The notes beneath the pieces were generated by a model. It saw only the letters and a program-made list of their open reading frames with translations, searched no databases and was not told the origin of the DNA. From a virus, in IMG/VR virus record IMGVR_UViG_3300035670_000083, positions 1-64,000 of that record: a stretch of 64,000 nucleotides of DNA. One strand, 5' to 3'. The position numbers and the translations under genes are program-made. Shown one piece after another: positions 54,279 to 63,998 of the stretch. Position 1 is the stretch's first letter. Each line of letters begins with the position of its first letter.

Positions 54279-56741
54279 ATGCGAAAAATACTAACAAGAA
54301 ATCAGTTTTTAGATACTGTAAGAACGCAATCATATACAAAATATACTGGAATTGGTAAAACAAATGAAGCTTTTGCTAATGATGTGAATTGGGGAGATTC
54401 TTGGGTTGGTATATTAATCAGTTCTTTGAATAGAAAAGTTAAAACCAAAAGAAATCTTAAAAAGATGGATGGTGTTATAAAATTGATAAAAGAGAAATTT
54501 GATGAATTGGTAGATTTGTGTAAGATAGAAGTTGACGAGATTACTGAAGCAGTTACAATAACAGCATATTATCTAGATGAACTTGAAAGATCTATCATTA
54601 ATAAGATGGAGGTTTCTGAGATTATTATAATTTGTAATCGTCTTATCACATTTATTAATGATTCTGATATTTTTACTGATAAGGATTATCTTTTGAAGCC
54701 AATAAATAATTTCCTTAATTTTTTGAAGACTATCAAAGTTTCTGACTCTGATGACTCTAATGATGACTCTGATGTTGCTTCTGATGATGACTCAGAAAAA
54801 TCTACAGTCAACCCAGAAGATGATAAATTGATCAATGAGATACTTGCTCTTGATGTTGCTAAGAAAAATCCTTTACAATTAAAGCCTTATGTTGAAAAGG
54901 TAAAAAACTCGATTCAGATAGTTGAAGATCGATTAAAATCACCATCAAAGGTTAAAAGTGGTGTCGATGAAAAAGAGATATCAAAGATTTTTAATGAGAT
55001 TATTAAATTAGTTCATCCAGATACTAAACATCCTTTATTTCCAGAAGAAAAATCAACAGATTTTAAAGTAAAGGCTGATGAATTTAAGAAAAAATATGAC
55101 TTAGAAAACTTGAAAAATCTTCTTATACAAGTTAAATTGATAATCAAACAAATTGAGATTTATAATAAATTAAAAGAAGGTGATAAAAAAGCAATCCAAA
55201 GTGAGTTTGATAAAAAAGTTGAATCTATTTACCAAGAATTAGTTAAAAAAGAGAAAGAAAAACAAAAAAAGGCAGGTAAAAATACCAATCTAGGTGAGGG
55301 AACAAGAAAAAGATTACGTAGAGATGCTGAAGAAATGGCTAGAAAGAAAGAATTAGTTAGCTCTAATGAATCTAAAATATCAAATTACTTAGATTTTATT
55401 ATTGAAAAAGACTTGGTTCCTTATAAGAAGTCAGAAATTGTTAAATCCGAAGGATCTGATAAATCAGACGATTCAAGTGATAAATCAGGAAAAGCAGAAA
55501 AGAATAAAACCGAAAAAACAGATATTTATGTAGAAATTGATGCTAAATTTAATGAATTTTTCACAGATGAAATAAGATCCAAATTTGAAGTTGACGAGGA
55601 AACTGGCGAATATATTAAGAAGCAAGGTAAAGTAACTGAAAGTTTCACACTTACTAATGAGAATCAGATAATTGAATTGGTGAGGTTATTTATGAGAGCT
55701 TGGAGAATTCATACACCAGGTAGAATACCATCGGGTAGAACAGGTGGTAAGGTTGCTGGAAGAGTTTTCGACCAATATGAGTATGTGGGTAAAGGTAATG
55801 AGGGTACTCCAGATGCTCCAGGTCCGGGACCATATAGGAATATTGAAATATATCAAAAATTTGAAACAGCTATGTTTGATATAATGGCTGATACAAAATA
55901 TACATCAACAATTTTTAGTGATGATGCTAAGTTTTATTTCAGTGAAGACAAAAAATCTCCAATAAAATTGTCAGAAGTTACTGTTGAGAAATTAGGAAGT
56001 CGTGGATATAATTCAGAGGATTATATGAAGGCGGCTAAACCTCTAGGTAAGATATTATTAAGGTTTATTAGAAATATGATTGACAATCCACAAATGTATA
56101 GGGAAGGTTCCATTGGTAAGTTTTTGAATGAGTATTTTGGCATTGGTGGTGATATGAAGGAATCTGAATTACAATTTAAAGGATTTGATGATGTTGATAA
56201 AAATGCTGAAACAACTGGAAATCAGAGAGATAAGATGAGAGCAAAGTTTGTCAAAATTAATGATCAAGAAGAATATAAATCAATAGAAGAAAAAGTCAGA
56301 AACGAAAAGGATAAGAATTTTTTATTGAAATTAAAATTCAAAGGAGAGAAAAAAAATACTTACTTGCTTTATTTAGGTTTTTTTAATAAGAACTATTACT
56401 TCTTTAAGACACAAAGTAACGAGATACTTGATAAAAATGGAAGTAGTATTGATATTGAAAAACTACCTTTTGAAAAATTAAATACTATTTATATTATCGA
56501 AACTGAAGATATTAAAGAATTGAAGAGTCGGGGTAATTTTAAATTTAAACAATCTGGTAATCTTAAAGATAAAGATTCTCTTGACAATTTCAAATTTGAA
56601 GATTATCAAATAGAAGGTAATAAACCATTCATAGAACAGGATATAGAGATATTAGTGGGATTTAAAGATGAAGAGCCGCTTAATGATATAAGTTTTGGTA
56701 AACAATACAATTCTATTTTTGAAAAAAAGGTTAAAAAATAA
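54279..56741 (+). CDS. Large putative virion protein containing an HPD motif
   Basis: 820 aa; TAATATATA upstream; IFNEIIKLVHPDT; internal ISNYLDFIIE leader-like motif. Confidence 0.55.
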   Translation: MRKILTRNQFLDTVRTQSYTKYTGIGKTNEAFANDVNWGDSWVGILISSLNRKVKTKRNLKKMDGVIKLIKEKFDELVDLCKIEVDEITEAVTITAYYLDELERSIINKMEVSEIIIICNRLITFINDSDIFTDKDYLLKPINNFLNFLKTIKVSDSDDSNDDSDVASDDDSEKSTVNPEDDKLINEILALDVAKKNPLQLKPYVEKVKNSIQIVEDRLKSPSKVKSGVDEKEISKIFNEIIKLVHPDTKHPLFPEEKSTDFKVKADEFKKKYDLENLKNLLIQVKLIIKQIEIYNKLKEGDKKAIQSEFDKKVESIYQELVKKEKEKQKKAGKNTNLGEGTRKRLRRDAEEMARKKELVSSNESKISNYLDFIIEKDLVPYKKSEIVKSEGSDKSDDSSDKSGKAEKNKTEKTDIYVEIDAKFNEFFTDEIRSKFEVDEETGEYIKKQGKVTESFTLTNENQIIELVRLFMRAWRIHTPGRIPSGRTGGKVAGRVFDQYEYVGKGNEGTPDAPGPGPYRNIEIYQKFETAMFDIMADTKYTSTIFSDDAKFYFSEDKKSPIKLSEVTVEKLGSRGYNSEDYMKAAKPLGKILLRFIRNMIDNPQMYREGSIGKFLNEYFGIGGDMKESELQFKGFDDVDKNAETTGNQRDKMRAKFVKINDQEEYKSIEEKVRNEKDKNFLLKLKFKGEKKNTYLLYLGFFNKNYYFFKTQSNEILDKNGSSIDIEKLPFEKLNTIYIIETEDIKELKSRGNFKFKQSGNLKDKDSLDNFKFEDYQIEGNKPFIEQDIEILVGFKDEEPLNDISFGKQYNSIFEKKVKK

Positions 56742-56752
56742 TAATATATTAA

Positions 56753-58150
56753 ATGTCTGATATTAAAAAAATAAATGAATTTTTCAGCAAAAACTACGAA
56801 TTTGATAAGAGAGCTAAAGAAGTTTTTCAGAAATTGATAAAATCTATAGATTCTTTAGATGTTATTAAATATGGTGATCATAAAAGAGAAGTTTCTGTGA
56901 ATGGTTCTAATCCTAAATCAAAATCTGATCCAACTCCTAAGCCAAATCCTGATCCCGAACCAAATCCATTACCTGTATCTCCAAAGCCATTGCCACCTGG
57001 ACCTGTGACTCCAAAGCCATTGCCACCTGGACCTGTACCTCCAAAGCCATTGCCACCTGGACCTGTACCTCCAAAGCCATTGCCACCTGGACCTGTACCT
57101 CCAAAGCCATTGCCACCTGGACCTGTGCCTCCAAAGCCTTCACCATTTGAAGAGATAAAGAATTTCAATAGAAATGGGCAAATAGCTTATGTTCTATCAA
57201 AATTTGGTGATGATTGGGATATAACTAAATATACAAAAAAGAAAATTCCACCTCGTGGTAAGTTCAGTGATAATTATATTAAGAAAATAATTTCTGATAA
57301 AGAAACTAGTAAAGATTTAAGAGATTTATTGAAAATCATTTTATATTTTAGAAAAAGTGATTCTAAACAAGATAGATTTTTGAGATTCATTGAAAGTCAA
57401 TTTGAAGGAATCGAATTCGGAAAAAGAGTTAAGGCAATATCAACAAGACCTGCAGTTGATACTGCAGCACCTATAGGTGATAGTTTTAAATATAATGAAT
57501 ATGAACTTTTAAATGAAAATAATAAAGAGACGTTTAATAAATTTTTAGAAAATCATCCAATAAGTGAAAAGATTTTAAATAAAAACAAAATCTTAATTTT
57601 AGGACTTATTTCATCTATGTATAGATCAAAGAAAAATCCTAACTATTCTATAGAAATAAAAGGTTTGGATAAAGAAAGTCTTGATAAGGTTGAGCGTTTT
57701 GCTTTTTCTGATTTAAGTCGTAAAAATTATATCTTTCTTGATGAATCTAAAGTATTCAAATTCTCACAATTTAACGAAAAAATAGATAGTAAATTTAGAG
57801 ATAGGGTAGGGACTAAAAAAACAAAAATAGTAAATACCACAAAAAAGGTAATAGATAGCACTATTAAAGATAATGAAACTCAAGTAGTTGTTCATAAAAA
57901 CAAAGGTGGTGGAAGAGATTGGAGATTATTCAATGGATCAAGTGATAATTATGTTCTGGTAATAAATGGTGAGCACATGATTGACGGTGAAGGTAATCCG
58001 AAAGTAAATCCTAAAATAACTAAGGTTTTCTGGGAATTTTTAGATTCTTTAAAAGATATTCAATACTCTTATAAAAAGAAAAACTTGAGTGATAAAGAGT
58101 ATAAGGATAAACTAAATCAATTGAAAACCTCATTCCAGAACAAAATTTAG
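56753..58150 (+). CDS. Putative virion protein with proline-rich tandem repeat
   Basis: PKPLPPGPVP x5; MSDIKKINEF leader. Confidence 0.6.
   Translation: MSDIKKINEFFSKNYEFDKRAKEVFQKLIKSIDSLDVIKYGDHKREVSVNGSNPKSKSDPTPKPNPDPEPNPLPVSPKPLPPGPVTPKPLPPGPVPPKPLPPGPVPPKPLPPGPVPPKPLPPGPVPPKPSPFEEIKNFNRNGQIAYVLSKFGDDWDITKYTKKKIPPRGKFSDNYIKKIISDKETSKDLRDLLKIILYFRKSDSKQDRFLRFIESQFEGIEFGKRVKAISTRPAVDTAAPIGDSFKYNEYELLNENNKETFNKFLENHPISEKILNKNKILILGLISSMYRSKKNPNYSIEIKGLDKESLDKVERFAFSDLSRKNYIFLDESKVFKFSQFNEKIDSKFRDRVGTKKTKIVNTTKKVIDSTIKDNETQVVVHKNKGGGRDWRLFNGSSDNYVLVINGEHMIDGEGNPKVNPKITKVFWEFLDSLKDIQYSYKKKNLSDKEYKDKLNQLKTSFQNKI
56981..57138. repeat. 30 bp coding tandem repeat, five full copies plus a partial
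   Basis: CCAAAGCCATTGCCACCTGGACCTGTACCT. Confidence 0.95.
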
Positions 58151-58174
58151 GATGTAAAATTTTATATATAGAGT

Positions 58175-58780
58175 ATGAAATGGTTAAAGAAATACTCTAT
58201 TTTCTTAGAACAAGATGAAACTTCTGATGATATCAATTCAACAGAAGAAACTTCTTTGATAGATGATAATGACAAAACAAATCAAGAATCGTTAGATCTC
58301 ATTCAAAAAGATTTATCAGAATTTGGATCAAAAAAAGGAGTTGTTGAGGATATTTTATCTGATATGGAGAAGAATGATTCTCAAATTGATTCTGAATTAC
58401 AACAAAAGGTTTTTAACAATCAAAGAGAAGATTCTAAAAGAAATAAGTATCTAAGAATGTTAGTATCTCTTCATAAATTAAAAAGAAGAACAGATAAACT
58501 TGCTTTAGCTATTGAAACTGATGTAGAAAAAAAGTCAGAAGTTCAAAAGCAAATCTCAGATCTTATAGAAAGATTCAATCAATTAGAAAATCCATCTCAG
58601 AAAGTCAAAGTTGATTCACAGAGAAAGAAATCAGAAGAATATCTGAAGGAATTGAATCTGAAAATCAATGATAATAAAAAGGAATTGGCTTTATCAGAAA
58701 AGAACTATGATAAGAAAAAAGAAGATTTTGAGAAACAAATGAAAATAGAAGAGGAAAAGATAAAATCATTACAAAAATAG
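58175..58780 (+). CDS. Coiled-coil protein with MKWLKKYSIFLE leader
   Basis: TTATATATA upstream; heptad pattern. Confidence 0.6.
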   Translation: MKWLKKYSIFLEQDETSDDINSTEETSLIDDNDKTNQESLDLIQKDLSEFGSKKGVVEDILSDMEKNDSQIDSELQQKVFNNQREDSKRNKYLRMLVSLHKLKRRTDKLALAIETDVEKKSEVQKQISDLIERFNQLENPSQKVKVDSQRKKSEEYLKELNLKINDNKKELALSEKNYDKKKEDFEKQMKIEEEKIKSLQK

Positions 58781-58838
58781 AAAAATATGGTTTTTTTCTT
58801 TTTATATATACCAATAAATAAAAAATAATTATAAGAAT

Positions 58839-61800
58839 ATGGCAATTCAAATCGGTAAATACAAAAGACCAGGCATCTTTATTGAAGAGTTTGATCAATC
58901 AGTGATTTCAAGCCCTACAGTTGAAGGAATAACAAATACTGTAATTGGTGTTTCGAGAAAAGGACCAGTTAATACTCCAATTCGTTTAACTAATGTTGCG
59001 GATTTAGAAAGAGTATTTGGACAACTTGATAGACAATTGGAAAGAAAGGGTTCTTTCTTCCATAGAACAATATCTAAAATGTTGGAAGCATCTCCAGTTT
59101 TCGCAATCAATTTACTTCTAACTGATGATACTTTGGATACTATTGAGTATCAATCATTATCTTGTGCTACTACAGAACAAAACGATATTGAAAGAGAAGG
59201 ACCTTATAGAAGATTTTTCGATACTACAGGTTTCTGGAGAAGAGATACTGAATCTTTTATAAATCTAACAAAAAATAACGTTGGTTATGAAAATAGACTA
59301 TTGAATTTTACAAACTTATCTGATAAGTATGTTACTATTTTTGTTTTCAAATCTGAAAGAACTGGATTCGATATCTCTTTATTGGATTGGTATGGTGCTC
59401 AAGAAAAAGTACCTCCATATGTAAATCCAAAGGATTTAGCATCTGATTATTTAGTTGATGTTGTTGTTATTGCCGGTGATTATTCTGATTATAGAAATCT
59501 TTCTGTAGATCCAAGATTTTCACAATATTTCTCACCAAGTGGTCTTAGAAAAGATCAAGTTAGAAATTTCTCTAATGATAGAAATGTTACAACATTGGCT
59601 TACGCTGAAGGACTCTCATTGATTCCTTATTTCAGAGATTTGAATGGTAATAATATTTTTATTGAAACTGTTATTAATAGAGGAACTGATCAACACGGTG
59701 TATTCTGTGCTTTCAACGTTGATTTATTTGAGACTGATTATCCAAATGGATTAGTTGATTTAATTGGTAATAACTTTGTTGGAGATGATTTGACAGCAAA
59801 TCCACCAACATCAGGATTTACTAACTACGGAGAACTTGATTCAAATGATGGTACTTCAGATGGTGAGGTTAAAATCAACTTCCTTTCTTATAATGAGACT
59901 ATTACTGAAAGTAATCCTTTCCAAACAACAGTATTGGATAGACCAGGTAATGTTATGGCTTTGTTTAGTGGTACTTCATCAAATCCAAGTTCTATAAGTA
60001 CACATACATTGAATCCAAACAGTGGTTCATTAGGTGGATATTTACAAGGTTATCCAAAAGATGTTGCTGGTAAATATGAAAGAACTTATTGGTTTAATGA
60101 AGATTATGTTAATGATGTTTATGTTTCTTCTACGGCATCTACTGGACAAACTATATCAGTAACTTATGATGTTGCTACTGATAATGGATACGTTGTTATA
60201 GGTGGTGAATATGTTTCTATAACTGACACATCTTCACAAGGAGGTTTGAATGGTCAGATTGATTTAGTTTCAACTTACTATTCATCTTCATTGACAGTTA
60301 CTCAATCTTATGTAGCTGCTTTTGTTGTTGATTCTAATGGACAGATTAAGTCTGTTCAGACAACTACACCAGGTGTAAATCCACTTGTAAACGCTACTGA
60401 TGTTGTTTTAGGATATGCTACATTCAGTTGTTTTGCTGGAACTTTCTCTGGTGTTAACTTCGTTCCAGTTTCTATTGATTTTGATACAACTTTGAGTAGT
60501 GGTGGTGATTCTGCTTATTTACCTTTGGTATATGGAGTAGGTGGTGACTACTATTACACTGTTAATGGTTCACAATCATTGACTGTAACCTTTGATGATA
60601 CAAATCAATCAATATCACCAAGAGATTATGAAAGATATAGAAGGTTAAAGACATTCAATCATATGGTAGATTATTTATCTTCTGATACAGGAGTTTTACT
60701 TTTAGATCCAAATGGTTTATTGGGAGGTGAACAAGAAAAATTAGATTTATCTTTTGTTGAGATAGATAACATAATTAATACTAATACACAAAATAGATCA
60801 TTTGATTTATTGGTTGATGTTCCAGTGACAAATCCATCTACAAATACAGTTGTTGAGGATAATTACGTTGATAATTATTTTGCAACAAACTCTGATGTAA
60901 TCACATTAGCGACTGCTTCTATACCACTTGTTATATATAAGGTAGATGATGAATTCATTCTTGGTAAAGAAAGTGCTATCACTAAATCTACTCCTGCTGG
61001 ATTAACTCAAGGAGTAGTTGCAAGGTACTCTACAATGTACCAAAGATACGAACAAGGTTTAATAAACAGCACTGATGTTATTTATCAAAAGGTTAATTAC
61101 TCACCAGTTCAAGTACAATTCATTGCTGGTGAATCTGTAACTGCTTCTCTATCAGGATATGATTATATCGTATTCGGTGTAAATCAAAACGAAGAAGATT
61201 ACTTAGGAAATCCTAGAACTGATATAATAAATCAGAATGATGCTTTCTTTACTGATGTAAATGATTTGTCTGGATATAAATTCTTATTATCAACTCCTGA
61301 TAATAGTGGTGTATTCACTTACAAATCAGATGAAGGTTTAAATACAACAATTAATACACTGTTGACTTTACCAGCACCATACAACGGATTTGGAAATAAC
61401 TATACATCAGAACAAAGAGCGGATTTATTAGACACTTTATCTGGACAAGCTTTTGGATTCAGTGCTTCAGCTACTTACTCTTATTACGCCTTTGAGGTGA
61501 ATGAGAATATCACAGAAGAATTTGTAAATGCTGTTAATAACATATTCTCTTATAATTCAAACTTAGCCGATGCTCCAATTTACTTGGATATGCACTTAGA
61601 TAATGAATTAAATATGGTTGTTACTTTTGAAGATAATCTTTTACAATCTTCAGTGCCATTTGATAGTGTAGTGACATCTACTACTCCAGAACCACTATGG
61701 GCAAACTCAACAATAGTAGTTAAATCTTTGGATTCTAATTACAGACAATCTGTTGAAGTTGAATACCCTGCAAACTGGACTCCAGAGCCTAATAAGATTC

Positions 61801-63092
61801 TTGTAAGAGCTAGTAGATATACAGAATTGAGTGTAGGTGATTATTTAGAAGCATTCTATGATGAGTCATCACTTCAACCAAATGAAATGCCAAGAAAGCT
61901 TACAAGAGTTCTTAGAAAAAGACTTTGGAGTGGAGATTCTACTCTAGCTGAAATAACTTGTGATGCAGAAATCAAAATATCTGACTTCGGATCAGGTGAT
62001 AAGCAAACATTTATGTACACTCAACTTGATGACTATGTTTCTACTTATAAAGCTATTAGTTTGAAAGGATTTAGAATAAGACAAGATTCTTTACCAGATG
62101 GTACAGAAACTAAACAATCACAGATTCTTGATTTAGTTGCTAAGGGAACTCCACTTTTCAAAGCAGCTACAAACAAAGAAGCTTTTGATTTCAGATACTT
62201 GATAGATTCATTCGGATTAGGATTGACTGAAAGAAGTAAGCAACAATTAGTTGATATTTGTGGAGAAAGATTGGATTGTTTCGGTATATTGAATATGCCA
62301 TCAATGAGATCATTCAAGAATTCTTCATCTCCATCATTTGTTAATAATGAAGGAGTTCTACAAACATCATTTATAGCATCAGGTGGTGATCCTAATTCAT
62401 CTCCAGCTTTCCTTTACTCTTTAGGTGATGGAAGAGGTGTTTCCTCAGTTGGTTATTTCACACCATACTTGACTGTAAATGACAATGGAAGACCTATTGA
62501 TGTTCCACCATCAGCTTATGTTGGATTGACTTATATGAGAAAACATAACTCAACAGTTACTAATATTGTTCCTTGGACAATTGCGGCTGGTGTTACAAAT
62601 GGTAGAATTACTAATATCGCAGGACTTGAACAGGATTTCAATCCTGAAGATATTGAGAACTTTAATCAGGCTCAAATGAATCCAATTGTATTCAAGAGAA
62701 ATAGAGGATTCACAATTGAAACTGAGAATACAGCTCAAACTCTATATTCATCAGCACTTTCTTTCATTCACGTTAGAGAAGTTCTTATTGAACTTGAAAG
62801 AGAGTTGTCTAGAATGTTACTTGATTTCCAATGGAGATTCAATACTCCTGAGGTTAGAGCAGAAATTAAGTTGAGAGCTGATGTTATCTGTGAGAGATAT
62901 GTATCAAGAAATGGACTTTATAACTACTTTAACAAGTGTGATGAAGAAAATAACACTAACGAGATAATAGATAATCAAATAGGTGTACTTGATACTTATG
63001 TGGAGCCAATAAAGGGTATGGGTATTATAGTTAACAATATCACTATTCTTAGAACTGGAGCTATTCAAGCAGGTGGATTTATCCAACAGTAA
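58839..63092 (+). CDS. Contractile tail sheath protein
   Basis: N-terminal RPGIFIEEFDQS...G.SRKGPVN.P; C-terminal VPPSAYV, PW..AAG...G, IHVREVL, FNT, CDEENNT.EIID, VEPIKG. Confidence 0.9.
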   Translation: MAIQIGKYKRPGIFIEEFDQSVISSPTVEGITNTVIGVSRKGPVNTPIRLTNVADLERVFGQLDRQLERKGSFFHRTISKMLEASPVFAINLLLTDDTLDTIEYQSLSCATTEQNDIEREGPYRRFFDTTGFWRRDTESFINLTKNNVGYENRLLNFTNLSDKYVTIFVFKSERTGFDISLLDWYGAQEKVPPYVNPKDLASDYLVDVVVIAGDYSDYRNLSVDPRFSQYFSPSGLRKDQVRNFSNDRNVTTLAYAEGLSLIPYFRDLNGNNIFIETVINRGTDQHGVFCAFNVDLFETDYPNGLVDLIGNNFVGDDLTANPPTSGFTNYGELDSNDGTSDGEVKINFLSYNETITESNPFQTTVLDRPGNVMALFSGTSSNPSSISTHTLNPNSGSLGGYLQGYPKDVAGKYERTYWFNEDYVNDVYVSSTASTGQTISVTYDVATDNGYVVIGGEYVSITDTSSQGGLNGQIDLVSTYYSSSLTVTQSYVAAFVVDSNGQIKSVQTTTPGVNPLVNATDVVLGYATFSCFAGTFSGVNFVPVSIDFDTTLSSGGDSAYLPLVYGVGGDYYYTVNGSQSLTVTFDDTNQSISPRDYERYRRLKTFNHMVDYLSSDTGVLLLDPNGLLGGEQEKLDLSFVEIDNIINTNTQNRSFDLLVDVPVTNPSTNTVVEDNYVDNYFATNSDVITLATASIPLVIYKVDDEFILGKESAITKSTPAGLTQGVVARYSTMYQRYEQGLINSTDVIYQKVNYSPVQVQFIAGESVTASLSGYDYIVFGVNQNEEDYLGNPRTDIINQNDAFFTDVNDLSGYKFLLSTPDNSGVFTYKSDEGLNTTINTLLTLPAPYNGFGNNYTSEQRADLLDTLSGQAFGFSASATYSYYAFEVNENITEEFVNAVNNIFSYNSNLADAPIYLDMHLDNELNMVVTFEDNLLQSSVPFDSVVTSTTPEPLWANSTIVVKSLDSNYRQSVEVEYPANWTPEPNKILVRASRYTELSVGDYLEAFYDESSLQPNEMPRKLTRVLRKRLWSGDSTLAEITCDAEIKISDFGSGDKQTFMYTQLDDYVSTYKAISLKGFRIRQDSLPDGTETKQSQILDLVAKGTPLFKAATNKEAFDFRYLIDSFGLGLTERSKQQLVDICGERLDCFGILNMPSMRSFKNSSSPSFVNNEGVLQTSFIASGGDPNSSPAFLYSLGDGRGVSSVGYFTPYLTVNDNGRPIDVPPSAYVGLTYMRKHNSTVTNIVPWTIAAGVTNGRITNIAGLEQDFNPEDIENFNQAQMNPIVFKRNRGFTIETENTAQTLYSSALSFIHVREVLIELERELSRMLLDFQWRFNTPEVRAEIKLRADVICERYVSRNGLYNYFNKCDEENNTNEIIDNQIGVLDTYVEPIKGMGIIVNNITILRTGAIQAGGFIQQ

Positions 63093-63111
63093 TAAGTTAT
63101 TGAAATAAATT

Positions 63112-63148
63112 AAATCCCTTCAAATTTGATTTGAAGGGATTTTTTTTT
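63112..63148 (+). terminator. Intrinsic terminator after the sheath gene
   Basis: AAATCCCTTCAAAT-ttg-ATTTGAAGGGATTT followed by a T-run. Confidence 0.85.
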
Positions 63149-63237
63149 CAAACATATATCGGTATATTTAATATAGGGATCTGGTAATAAAAAAATGGTT
63201 TTTTTTTTAATATATAACAAAAAGATAATTTAAAATT

Positions 63238-63618
63238 ATGAAACATTTAAGAAAATTCAATGAAGGTTTTATGGACATCTTTAAGAAAAAGAAAAAAGAA
63301 GAAGATCCTAAAGAAAATTTGGAAAAAATAAGAGTTACTGATTGTGATTTTTGGGCAGAAAAAGGTCGATCCGAAGATACCTACTATATCTATCATGGTT
63401 GGGGATTTGGTGCTAAGCCAATGGGATATGTTAAAGAAATTGATGGAAACTTAATTCTTAATATGAGAGATTATTTTGGAAATGGTATAAATAAAGTAAA
63501 AGTTAAAAGTGTGGAGCAAGCTCTTAAATACTTGGATAAATTAAACAAAGAGAAGAAACAAAAATATAGAGAGGAAGAAAAAAGATTTGATAAGGATATA
63601 TCAGATGAAGAACTTTAG
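63238..63618 (+). CDS. Hypothetical protein with MKHLRKFNE leader
   Basis: TAATATATA upstream. Confidence 0.65.
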   Translation: MKHLRKFNEGFMDIFKKKKKEEDPKENLEKIRVTDCDFWAEKGRSEDTYYIYHGWGFGAKPMGYVKEIDGNLILNMRDYFGNGINKVKVKSVEQALKYLDKLNKEKKQKYREEEKRFDKDISDEEL

Positions 63619-63646
63619 AAAAAACCTCCCTTTAAGGGAGGTTTTT
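63619..63646. terminator. Bidirectional intrinsic terminator
   Basis: A6-CCTCCCTT-t-AAGGGAGG-T6 between convergent genes. Confidence 0.85.
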
Positions 63647-63650
63647 TATT

Positions 63651-63998
63651 TTAAAAACTTTCCATAAACACTGAATCAAACTTTTTAAATTCATAATGTT
63701 GATAAGCATCTTCCGCTAAGAATGGTGTCATTGGTGCTAATACTTTCATCATTTTTTCTGCACAATCTTTTAAAACATATTGACAATCCATTCTTTCATT
63801 TGAATCAAGTTCATATTCATAAAGGAATGATTTCGTAACATCATCTAAGTAAAAAGATGATACTTCTGATACCCATTTCATAACTTCTCTAAGAACAAAT
63901 TTGAAATCATAATCATCATAATATTTCATACAATTTTCATACATTTCTTGATTCATATCTAAACACTTTCTATCCCTCTCAGATAGTCTAGGTTCATA
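63651..63998 (-). CDS. Class Ia aminoacyl-tRNA synthetase anticodon-binding domain (IleRS-like), truncated by the window edge
   Basis: Frame open to the edge (YEPRLSERDRKCLDM...); SSFYLD, R..CQYVL, LAPMTPFLAEDAYQ, DSVF. Confidence 0.7.
   Translation of the reverse strand, partial: YEPRLSERDRKCLDMNQEMYENCMKYYDDYDFKFVLREVMKWVSEVSSFYLDDVTKSFLYEYELDSNERMDCQYVLKDCAEKMMKVLAPMTPFLAEDAYQHYEFKKFDSVFMESF

Noticed and set aside
56878-57168. Antisense ORFs with GGTGPGGNGF or VQVQVAMALE repeats
   Set aside because: Shadows of the 30 bp proline-rich repeat.
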